A stretch of DNA of 16,353 nt, taken from positions 1-16,353 of IMG/VR virus record IMGVR_UViG_2698536369_000029; one strand, 5' to 3'. Under the pieces are notes generated by a model. The model searched no databases. It worked only from the letters and a program-made list of their open reading frames with translations, and had not been told where the DNA came from. Source of the DNA: a virus. Taxonomy: Duplodnaviria; Heunggongvirae; Uroviricota; Caudoviricetes. Below are positions 7,365-14,726 of the stretch, in pieces; within the stretch, counting starts at the first letter, position 1, and each line of letters opens with the position of its first letter. Both the position numbers and the translations under genes were made by a program.

Positions 7365-8078
7365 ATGGCAGTGAACACCGCAATTTTTAACGACAAAGCA
7401 TCCATGACCAGCGTTGAGATCGCAGAGCTGGTGGGTAGTCAGCACTCAGATGTTAAACGTAGTATCGAACGCCTGGTTGCTAAAAACATCATCCGGAAAC
7501 CGCCAATGGCTGTTTCCGAGAAAATCAATAACTTAGGTTTTAAAGTTCAATATGAGCATTACCTGTTTGAAGGAGAACAAGGTAAGCGCGACAGCATCAT
7601 TGTCGTCGCACAGCTCTGCCCTGAATTCACTGCTCGCCTGGTAGATCGCTGGCGTGAACTGGAAGAACAGATCCGTAAGCCAATGAGCGAAATTGAAATG
7701 GTTGCTGCGATGGCTCTTGAAGCTGTTCGCCAGCAGAAACGGATCACTCAGGTGGAAGAAAAAGTCAGCCATGTTGCCGAAACAGTTGAGCAAATCAAAA
7801 AGGGCACCATTCGTGAGGGCTATGCCGGATATCGCCAACTGAAAGCAAAAACCGGTTTGTCAGATGATAAATGCCGCAATCTGGTGAACGCCTATCAAAT
7901 TCCTACAGACACCCATGAGTTCATGACGCCGGACGGATTGTTGTCACGTCGCGCAATTGTTGCTGTGGAACCGTTTATGGCTGCTTTTTATCGGGTTATG
8001 GAGGAAGCAGAACCGCGAGGGACTCGCTGGTATCACCCGAAAATGGGGTTATTTCAGGTTATTGGTTGGCAGCGGTGA
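7365..8078 (+). CDS. rha: Rha-family phage regulatory protein
   Basis: MTSVEIAELVGSQHSDVKRSIERL followed by ...FEGEQGKRDSIIVVAQLCPEFTARLVDRW matches the remembered Rha family signature. Start is ATG 7365 directly after TAAGGAG, or GTG 7371 with better spacing. Confidence 0.75.
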   Translation: MAVNTAIFNDKASMTSVEIAELVGSQHSDVKRSIERLVAKNIIRKPPMAVSEKINNLGFKVQYEHYLFEGEQGKRDSIIVVAQLCPEFTARLVDRWRELEEQIRKPMSEIEMVAAMALEAVRQQKRITQVEEKVSHVAETVEQIKKGTIREGYAGYRQLKAKTGLSDDKCRNLVNAYQIPTDTHEFMTPDGLLSRRAIVAVEPFMAAFYRVMEEAEPRGTRWYHPKMGLFQVIGWQR

Positions 8079-8102
8079 AAAAAAGCCGGGTAGTGACCCG
8101 GC
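8078..8102 (-). terminator. Hairpin with flanking homopolymer run, terminator-like on the minus strand
   Basis: Plus-strand AAAAAAAGCCGGGTAGTGACCCGGC: a 7-bp GC stem with 4-nt loop; on the minus strand the hairpin is followed by T7. It sits immediately after the Rha stop codon. Confidence 0.4.
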
Positions 8103-8190
8103 TCGCTCAACGTTGGTAAAGGCAACTTCACTGAGAAGTAAGCCAGTAACATCCAAGAACATTTGCGTTAGTAAAAATACCAGTAAGCAT

Positions 8191-8853
8191 ATGAATGTTT
8201 CAAGCCTAAATATTGATTCTGCAATTTCGGGACGTTACACTGTTCCTGCACCTTATAAAGCGGGTGCCGGGATTGGCGTCCTGGAAATGTTATCGGCGAT
8301 ATATGACGCGCCAGCGTCTTTTTTATCGTCTGCGTCTGCGCACACCCAAATTATGGTGGGCTGGACGGGGGCACCGAAAGGTGCGCCGGTTTCCGATAAC
8401 GCCGGTTACGCCAACCCCGTTCAGTTCACCACCAGCGAAATTGGCGTTTCCGGTGGTGAAGGTAATTCACTGTTATCGGAGGCTGCCATCATGGCTACAG
8501 TCCCAACTTCCCCATACCTGAAAATCGAAGTCGTCAACGGCAAGGCCGTTATTTTCTCCCTGCATGTTGCCTGCCACTTTAAGCGCATGCACCAGAACAT
8601 CGTCGACAAAATCGAGTATCTGAACTGCTCACGTGAATTCTTCTCCCGTAATTTCATTCCGGGTACTTACCACGTGTATGGCGATTCCCTGCGTGGTTAT
8701 TACATCACCCTTGATGGTCTGATGATGCTTCAGCTTGGGTTAAGTCTGCGCACAATGCGGTACTACGAGAGCTGTATTGAAGCATTTCATGAGGCCGAAA
8801 CCAGCCTGACTCACACTGCTTTCAGCCGTAATCAATGGGAGGTGCGCCCATGA
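8191..8853 (+). CDS. Hypothetical phage protein (220 aa; alternative start at 8491 gives 120 aa)
   Basis: Long ORF with E. coli-like codons throughout. ATG 8191 has only a weak RBS, whereas the internal ATG 8491 has GGAGG 8 nt upstream. A terminator-like hairpin (8305-8324) lies inside the longer version, so the true start is uncertain. Confidence 0.45.
   Translation: MNVSSLNIDSAISGRYTVPAPYKAGAGIGVLEMLSAIYDAPASFLSSASAHTQIMVGWTGAPKGAPVSDNAGYANPVQFTTSEIGVSGGEGNSLLSEAAIMATVPTSPYLKIEVVNGKAVIFSLHVACHFKRMHQNIVDKIEYLNCSREFFSRNFIPGTYHVYGDSLRGYYITLDGLMMLQLGLSLRTMRYYESCIEAFHEAETSLTHTAFSRNQWEVRP
8305..8324 (+). terminator. Terminator-like hairpin plus T-run (GACGC-GCCA-GCGTC-TTTTTT)
   Basis: 5-bp GC stem, 4-nt loop, 6 T on the plus strand. 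It lies within the N-terminal part of the 8191 ORF, so it is either an early-operon terminator (if the gene starts at 8491) or a coincidental coding hairpin. Confidence 0.3.
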
Positions 8854-9074
8854 TTCGCCGCGTCGTTAATTCCCTGTATCACCGATACAACCGTTGCCCC
8901 CGTGTGGGGCAGTGGTTTGCCACCAGCAACGGCCATGTTCTGCGGGTTTGCCTGGTCAGTACCGAAAGCCAGAAAGTCGTGTGTGAATTACTGGGGCGTA
9001 ACTACACCATCAGTTACCCACTGGTGGCGTTTCAGTCCGGAAAAATGTTTAAACGCCTGGGAGGCGCCGTGTGA
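8850..9074 (+). CDS. Small hypothetical protein (74 aa)
   Basis: ATG 8850 with GGAGGTG Shine-Dalgarno; ATGA overlap with the upstream stop, and its own stop overlaps the downstream GTG start. Confidence 0.45.
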   Translation: MIRRVVNSLYHRYNRCPRVGQWFATSNGHVLRVCLVSTESQKVVCELLGRNYTISYPLVAFQSGKMFKRLGGAV

Positions 9075-10063
9075 GTCGTTACGCTCCAACACCGGAAGTT
9101 ATGGCTATTGGTCAAATTAATATTTCCGGCAATGTCACACCAGCGAACTGGTGGAAACATATTCGGCTACCCAGTGGTCGTCCGGATGCGACCGCTATCG
9201 CCCTGCTCTCAGAGATCGTTTACTGGTACCGCCCGACAGAAGTCAGGGATGAACATACCGGGGCTTTGCTGGGATATCGCAAGCGTTTTCAGGGGGACAA
9301 GCTGCAAAGAAGTTATCAGGCGTTTGCTGAGCAGTTTGGTTTCGGGAAAAGGGAAACCGCGGATGCGTTGAAGCGCCTTCGTGATGCCGGGTTTATTTCC
9401 CTGGATTTACGCACTGTGGAAATGCTCGACGGTGTGAAATGCAGCAATATTTTGTTTGTCGGGATCAACCCACAGGCAATTGCTGCCATTACTACTCCTT
9501 CTTCTGTTTCGCCAGAAAGTAACAGCAATAACGCAATCAGCGATACAGCTATTACGTTAAAACGGAACACCCCCCAACGTCATAACGGAACAGGGGATAC
9601 GCCGAATGTTGATACAAATACAGAGATTACTACAGAGATTACAACGGAGACTAAAAACACTATTGGCGCATCCGCTGACGCGTCTGCACCAGCGCGTTCT
9701 GCCCGACAGGAATATTCACCGGAATTTGAACAGGCCTGGCAGGAATATCCCAAACGTGCTGGTGGTAATTCCAAGTCGGCAGCCTTCAAAGCCTGGAAAG
9801 CCCGTCTCAGGGAGGGAATAAAACCGGAGACCATGCTTGATGGTGTGAGACGTTATGCCGCTTGGGTACGTGCTACAGGAAATACCGGCACACAGTTCGT
9901 GAAGCAGGCTGCGACGTTCTTTGGACCCGATCGTCACTTCGAAGACTTCTGGCAACAGCCAGCCGCTCCCGGAGGTGGGCGACAGCGACAGGTCGATGTC
10001 CTGGCTGGCCTGGGAGCCATGTCTGACAAATTCGGTAAATCCAGTGACAAATTGACATTCTGA
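9071..10063 (+). CDS. Replication initiator/organiser protein (lambda O-like by position)
   Basis: 330 aa. GTG start with GGGAGG Shine-Dalgarno 8 nt upstream. Two domains separated by a low-complexity linker (NGTGDTPNVDTNTEITTEITTETKNT) whose DNA carries iteron-like repeats. Sits directly upstream of the DnaC-like and DnaB-like genes. Confidence 0.6.
   Translation: MSRYAPTPEVMAIGQINISGNVTPANWWKHIRLPSGRPDATAIALLSEIVYWYRPTEVRDEHTGALLGYRKRFQGDKLQRSYQAFAEQFGFGKRETADALKRLRDAGFISLDLRTVEMLDGVKCSNILFVGINPQAIAAITTPSSVSPESNSNNAISDTAITLKRNTPQRHNGTGDTPNVDTNTEITTEITTETKNTIGASADASAPARSARQEYSPEFEQAWQEYPKRAGGNSKSAAFKAWKARLREGIKPETMLDGVRRYAAWVRATGNTGTQFVKQAATFFGPDRHFEDFWQQPAAPGGGRQRQVDVLAGLGAMSDKFGKSSDKLTF
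9596..9654. repeat. Iteron-like direct repeats inside the initiator gene (candidate ori)
   Basis: ACAGAGATTAC occurs twice with a 12-bp period (9620-9630 and 9632-9642), followed by the degenerate copy AACGGAGACTAA. GATAC/GATTAC cores also at about 9596 and 9611. Confidence 0.4.
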
Positions 10064-10073
10064 GGTGACAGCG

Positions 10074-10952
10074 ATGATGACGTTTAACCTGCGTGAACAA
10101 CAAAAAAGACTACAGGCGCGAATGGATGAGTTACGGGCAGAGATTGCATTTGCTCAGAAGGGCGAAAAGCCATGGCCTTATCGTTCCTGCCTGATGCGTG
10201 AAGGTCGCGGATATTGCGAAAAACACGGTAAATACCATACGCATATACTGGTGTGGAGCGATCGTAATGGCGAGGACAGAGAAAAAATTTCATGCTGCCC
10301 TGACTGCTTGATCGCTGAGGCCAACGATTTGACCATGGAATTGTCGTCCATCAAGGCGGAAGAGCTGACTGATAACGCCGGAATTGCCCTGCGTTTTCGG
10401 GACTGCGAGTTTGATAATTATCTGGAGGTTAATCCTGACGCAGCCAGAAATCTTGCAGCCTGTCGCCGCTATGCGGAGAACTGGCCAGATATGCTGGAGA
10501 ACGGCACCAGTCTTGTTATGACTGGCAGTTGCGGTACCGGGAAAAATCATCTGGCGGTATCAATGGCAAAACACATCATCCGTAACTATCTGGCCAGTGT
10601 GGAGATCACCGACGTGATGCGTCTTACCCGTGCTGTGAAAAACTGCTGGCGGAATGACAGCGAAAAAACAGCGGATGAAGTTATTGAGCATTATGCGTCA
10701 ATGGATTTGCTGATCATCGACGAAGTTGGTGTTCAGTTTGGCAGCGCGGCTGAAATGGCTATTTTGCAGGAAATTATCAATGCCCGGTACGAAAGTATTC
10801 TGCCCACCATCCTGATTAGCAACCTTTCACCGGATGAGTTGTGGGCGTTCATCAGCCCCCGCATTGCCGACAGGATCACAGACGGGGGGCGCAACTGGTT
10901 GTCGTTCAACTGGCCCAGCTACCGTTCTCGTATCAGAGGTGTGGCTGCATGA
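10074..10952 (+). CDS. dnaC: DnaC-like helicase loader (AAA+ ATPase)
   Basis: Walker A GSCGTGKNHLA, Walker B LLIIDEVG, and C-terminal NWPSYRSR, which closely matches the E. coli DnaC motif NWDSYRSR. ATG 10074 with GAGGTGA Shine-Dalgarno. N-terminal Cys/His cluster (CEKHGKYHTH...CCPDC). Confidence 0.85.
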   Translation: MMTFNLREQQKRLQARMDELRAEIAFAQKGEKPWPYRSCLMREGRGYCEKHGKYHTHILVWSDRNGEDREKISCCPDCLIAEANDLTMELSSIKAEELTDNAGIALRFRDCEFDNYLEVNPDAARNLAACRRYAENWPDMLENGTSLVMTGSCGTGKNHLAVSMAKHIIRNYLASVEITDVMRLTRAVKNCWRNDSEKTADEVIEHYASMDLLIIDEVGVQFGSAAEMAILQEIINARYESILPTILISNLSPDELWAFISPRIADRITDGGRNWLSFNWPSYRSRIRGVAA

Positions 10953-12340
10953 CAATACCAGTCTGGCGTAACGATGACCTGGAAGGCGCTGTTATTGGCG
11001 CGTTCTTTCTGCGTGGGGCAGATCCTGAAGTGATGGATATTCTGGCCACACTGCCAGCGGACGTTTTTTCTGTACGAGCGTATCGGGATATCTACACAGG
11101 CATCTGCAGACAGGCCCGTGTTTCAGGTGTGATTGATCCTGTGCTGTTGTGTAATGAGATGCCGGAACTTGCTCCGGTGATTACTGATACCGGGCGTAAA
11201 ACCTGGGTGAAGTCTTCACTGGAGCACTATGTTACGGCGTTGCGTCGCAATGCTGCATTGCGTGATGCAGAAAAAACACTTAATGAGGCGTTGCAGAAAT
11301 TACGTGATGCGCATACCTGTGAAGCAGCTGAAGATGCTCTGAAGGATGCGCAGAACATGATGGCCTCATTGTCGACGGAAAAGGGCGTTATTCAGCCGGT
11401 ACATATTGGTGATGTGCTTCCGGAAGTGGTTGAGCGTGTTGAATGCCGGAATCAGGGACTGGAAAAATCCAGAACGTTGATGACCGGTATTGATGAACTG
11501 GACGCAAAAACGGGCGGCATGGAGCCTGGCGACCTGGTATTTATTGCTGCACGTCCTTCGATGGGCAAAACCGAACTGGCGCTGGATATCATCGACAAGG
11601 TGACTGAGCAGGGGCATGGTGTTCTTCTGTTCACAATGGAAATGGCGAACATCCAGATTGGTGAACGCATGGTATCTGCGGCTGGAGGAATGCCGGTATC
11701 ACGCCTGAAATCTGTCACTCACTTTGAAGACGAAGACTGGGCACGTTTCTCACAAGGAGTGGGGCGGATGACCGGGCGCAATATCTGGATGGTGGACCAG
11801 GCGAACCTGACCATTGATGAGATATGCGCAACAACGAAGCATCACCTGATTAAACATCCGGAAACGGCGCTGGTGGTGGTTGATTATCTCGGGCTGATAA
11901 AAACCCGAACCACGGGGCGTCATGACCTTGCCGTGGGTGAAATCTCAAAGGGGCTTAAAGGCCTGGCAAAATCCGGTGGTTTTCCGTTGATTGCGCTGAG
12001 CCAGCTTTCCCGTGGTGTGGAGTCCAGGCCCAATAAACGCCCTATGAACTCAGACCTGAAAAATTCCGGAGAAATAGAGGCGGATGCAGACATCATTCTG
12101 ATGCTTTACAGGGATGAAGTGTACAACCCGGATACGCAGGCCAGAGGCATTGCAGAAATCAATATCACGAAACAACGTAACGGTTCTCTGGGGACGATTT
12201 ACCGGCGTTTTTATAACGGACATTTTCTGCCCGTAGACCAGGAAAGCGCACAGATTCTTTCCACCCCAATGCAGCAGCCCCAGCCGCGCAGATACAGCAA
12301 TAAGCGAACCGACAGCAGTAAGATGGAGCGTTTCTTTTGA
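10949..12340 (+). CDS. dnaB: DnaB-family replicative DNA helicase
   Basis: 463 aa from ATG 10949 (ATGA overlap with the loader stop). Walker A GDLVFIAARPSMGKTELALDI closely matches E. coli DnaB (GDLIIVAARPSMGKT), with a RecA-like C-terminal domain. Confidence 0.85.
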   Translation: MTIPVWRNDDLEGAVIGAFFLRGADPEVMDILATLPADVFSVRAYRDIYTGICRQARVSGVIDPVLLCNEMPELAPVITDTGRKTWVKSSLEHYVTALRRNAALRDAEKTLNEALQKLRDAHTCEAAEDALKDAQNMMASLSTEKGVIQPVHIGDVLPEVVERVECRNQGLEKSRTLMTGIDELDAKTGGMEPGDLVFIAARPSMGKTELALDIIDKVTEQGHGVLLFTMEMANIQIGERMVSAAGGMPVSRLKSVTHFEDEDWARFSQGVGRMTGRNIWMVDQANLTIDEICATTKHHLIKHPETALVVVDYLGLIKTRTTGRHDLAVGEISKGLKGLAKSGGFPLIALSQLSRGVESRPNKRPMNSDLKNSGEIEADADIILMLYRDEVYNPDTQARGIAEINITKQRNGSLGTIYRRFYNGHFLPVDQESAQILSTPMQQPQPRRYSNKRTDSSKMERFF

Positions 12341-12594
12341 ACAACCAGACCATGACTTTTACGCCTGAACAATTACGTAAACAGGCACAGGAAATGTTAC
12401 GACAGGCGGAACAACTGGAAAAGACAGGCGTAACAAAAGATGCCATTCGTAAGGATATGGTGCCAGCGCTCAGGGAACTGATGCAGGCGAAACACCGCGC
12501 ACAAAAAGCAGTGGATGAGCTGGTGGATTGTGTGGCAGAGCTGGAAACCAAAGTTGGAAAGTTCGAAAAACTGGTGCAGGAGGTACTGCGCTGA
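12337..12594 (+). CDS. Small coiled-coil protein (about 80-85 aa), function unknown
   Basis: Charged, helical-looking sequence (EQLRKQAQEMLRQAEQLEK...). Start is TTG 12337 (GGAG 8 nt upstream) or ATG 12352. Confidence 0.45.
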   Translation: MNNQTMTFTPEQLRKQAQEMLRQAEQLEKTGVTKDAIRKDMVPALRELMQAKHRAQKAVDELVDCVAELETKVGKFEKLVQEVLR

Positions 12595-12962
12595 TGCGTG
12601 ATATGTACGAAGTTTTAGATCGTTGGGGGGCCTGGGCTGCAGCAGATAACAGTGGTGTGGACTGGCAGCCGATAGCAGCAGGCTTCAAGGGGCTTTTACC
12701 ACACGGTAAAAAGTCACGTCTCCAGTGTGATGATGACGAAGGTATCATGATAGACGGTTGTGTGGCTCGGTTGCGAAAGTATAAACCCGAAGAGTATGAG
12801 TTGATCATTGCTCACTTTGTTATTGGTATCTCATTACGCGCTATTGCTAAAAAACGGAAATGTTCAGATGGAACAATACGGAAAGAGATGCAAACAGCAA
12901 TGGGGTTTATTGATGGCTGCTTGTCATTTTTCATTTACTACAATGACTTAAGTTCTATGTAA
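12594..12962 (+). CDS. Q: Late-gene antiterminator Q-like protein
   Basis: 122 aa from ATG 12594 (TGATG overlap, AGGAGG upstream). Cys-containing segment QCDDDEGIMIDGCVARLRKYKPEEYELIIAHFVIGISLRAIAKKRKCSDGTIRKE resembles the remembered phage antitermination Q family. Position after the replication genes fits. Confidence 0.6.
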   Translation: MRDMYEVLDRWGAWAAADNSGVDWQPIAAGFKGLLPHGKKSRLQCDDDEGIMIDGCVARLRKYKPEEYELIIAHFVIGISLRAIAKKRKCSDGTIRKEMQTAMGFIDGCLSFFIYYNDLSSM

Positions 12963-12964
12963 AA

Positions 12965-12999
12965 TCGTTCTACTTTCCCAACTTTTATGTGTATATAAT
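12965..12999 (+). promoter_or_regulatory. Candidate sigma-70 promoter upstream of the methyltransferase (possibly the Q-dependent late promoter)
   Basis: Perfect TATAAT at 12994-12999, about 27 nt upstream of the GTG start; the -35 region is poor (TACTTT/TTTCCC). Confidence 0.3.
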
Positions 13000-13025
13000 A
13001 CCAAGATAAAGTAACGGAGAATCTT

Positions 13026-14066
13026 GTGAACATTCAGGCAGTAGACATTTTTTGTGGTGCGGGGGGCTTAACTTTTGGGCTAAAAAAAGCCGGGATTGAG
13101 GTTTCTCATGGTATTGATATTGATGAATCCTGCCGTTTTGCTATTGAGAGCAATAATCCTTTAACGCAGTTCATTAATCGGTCAGTTACAGAACTGCAAT
13201 CCTGCGATGTGTCTGCTATGTTCAAGGAAGGAAATATTAGATTGCTTGCTGGATGTGCTCCTTGCCAACCGTTTTCCAAGTATCGTAATCCAAATAGCCG
13301 TAAAGACGATACAAAGTGGCGTTTGTTATATGAGTTTCAAAGGCTTGTAAGTGATGTCATGCCAGAGCTTGTGACGATGGAGAATGTTCCTCAACTTAGA
13401 AACCATAAGGTTTTTGAAGGGTTTGTTAGTGCATTAAAGACTCTTGGATATCATTTGTGGTACGACGTTGTAAGATGTTCTGAGTATGGCTTACCTCAAA
13501 ATAGACGTAGATTAATTCTAATTGGTTCCCAATTGGGGCCGATCAGCCTTGATCAAAAAAAAGTTAGCCGTAAAGTTACTGTTAAGGATGCTATTGGTAG
13601 GTTGCCAAAAGTAGGGGCAGGTGAGAAGCTGGAAAGCGATCCCTTGCATCGTTCGCCTAAATTGATGGATATCAATCTTAAACGAATCATGCATTCTTTA
13701 CCTGGTGGTACGTGGGATGACTGGCCTGAAGAAATTAGAGCAGACTGTCATAAAAAGAATTCAGGTGCTACCTATAAAAGCGTTTATGGACGGATGGTTT
13801 GGGACGATACTAGCCCTACGATAACTACCCAGTGTTATGGATATGGAAATGGACGATTTGGCCATCCTGAGCAAAATCGCGCCATAACTTTGCGTGAAGC
13901 TGCGATTTTGCAATCCTTTCCAATGGATTATAAATTCCTTGACAAGGAGACGCCTTTTTCATTCCAAAAATTGGGGACAATGATTGGAAATGCTGTTCCC
14001 CCTATAATTGGTCAGATAATAGGGGAAACATTTATCAGACATGTTGAGGGGATAAATACCCGTTAG
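13026..14066 (+). CDS. DNA (cytosine-5)-methyltransferase
   Basis: GTG start with GGAG 6 nt upstream. Canonical C5-MTase motifs: motif I DIFCGAGG (AdoMet binding), motif IV PCQPFS (catalytic Cys), motif VI ENV, motif VIII QNRRR, and a C-terminal NAVPP-type motif. Confidence 0.85.
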   Translation: MNIQAVDIFCGAGGLTFGLKKAGIEVSHGIDIDESCRFAIESNNPLTQFINRSVTELQSCDVSAMFKEGNIRLLAGCAPCQPFSKYRNPNSRKDDTKWRLLYEFQRLVSDVMPELVTMENVPQLRNHKVFEGFVSALKTLGYHLWYDVVRCSEYGLPQNRRRLILIGSQLGPISLDQKKVSRKVTVKDAIGRLPKVGAGEKLESDPLHRSPKLMDINLKRIMHSLPGGTWDDWPEEIRADCHKKNSGATYKSVYGRMVWDDTSPTITTQCYGYGNGRFGHPEQNRAITLREAAILQSFPMDYKFLDKETPFSFQKLGTMIGNAVPPIIGQIIGETFIRHVEGINTR

Positions 14067-14724
14067 AGGTAATATAATTTTCTGTTGAGTTGATTAATAA
14101 ACGCAAATATAGATCAATTCTTTCTGACCTCGATTTGACTTCTTCTAAAGGGTCTATTTGACCTTTTTTAGAAAAGCTGGTACTTCCATGTGCCAGCTCA
14201 TTTCTGATATCTTTAAGTAAATCTAAGTCAACACCATTTCTACACTCTGGTGAGTTTGCAACAGTTATTCCGTAAGCTTGTGTTATTTTGTGCAATACAG
14301 ACTTGCAAACATTACCATTGAATTCTTTACGTATGTTTAATGAGGCTGAAATGATCCTTTTAGATATATCGGAACCAATTTTTTGATAAAGAGATTTTCC
14401 CGATTCATTATCTGAAATGATACGGTGCAAGATATTTACTTGGAATTTCTCCCTGAGTGATGCGTAATTTACTTCATTATCTTGCAAATGGTCATAAATT
14501 GACTCAATGCATCCTCTGGCAGTGTTTTCAACCTGATTGTACAGCATCATGTGCACGGATGATTTTAAAATGTTAACCCTAAGGGTATTTGATTCTATTT
14601 CATCTTTATGCGTTTGCTGATCTAACTGCTGAGTCTGAGCCTCTAAAGATGACGCAAGAGAAAGCAATTCCATAATATCTCTTGCTCTTTCTTCGTATTC
14701 ATCTCTTAAATCAATCAAACTCAT
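14035..14724 (-). CDS. HEPN-like protein (putative nuclease), second gene of the DUF262-HEPN operon
   Basis: 229 aa, largely helical-looking, with an R-x4-H motif (RNELAHG) near the C-terminus as expected for HEPN. ATG lies 2 nt after the DUF262 stop, with AGGAA Shine-Dalgarno inside the upstream gene. Its 3' end overlaps the convergent MTase by about 32 bp. The specific family (MAE_28990-like) is recalled, not verified. Confidence 0.65.
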   Translation of the reverse strand: MSLIDLRDEYEERARDIMELLSLASSLEAQTQQLDQQTHKDEIESNTLRVNILKSSVHMMLYNQVENTARGCIESIYDHLQDNEVNYASLREKFQVNILHRIISDNESGKSLYQKIGSDISKRIISASLNIRKEFNGNVCKSVLHKITQAYGITVANSPECRNGVDLDLLKDIRNELAHGSTSFSKKGQIDPLEEVKSRSERIDLYLRLLINSTENYITSNGYLSPQHV

Positions 14725-14726
14725 AG

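Noticed and set aside
7533-7838. Minus-strand ORFs (101 aa and 62 aa) inside the Rha gene
   Set aside because: Antisense to a gene with a clear family signature; no independent support.
7957-8190. Upstream extension of the 8191..8853 ORF into the Rha gene
   Set aside because: This part of the ORF overlaps the Rha coding sequence in another frame and crosses the terminator-like hairpin at 8085-8102; no start codon with an RBS is found there.
9316-10103. Several minus-strand ORFs (76-84 aa) inside the initiator gene
   Set aside because: All are antisense to the initiator coding sequence, with biased compositions and no RBS. The one real feature in this region is the iteron-like repeat, reported separately.
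12165-12808. Minus-strand ORFs (128 aa and 112 aa) antisense to the helicase 3' end, the small coiled-coil gene and Q
   Set aside because: Cys/Ser/Arg-rich low-complexity translations with no RBS, opposite confidently called genes. Judged to be frame shadows.
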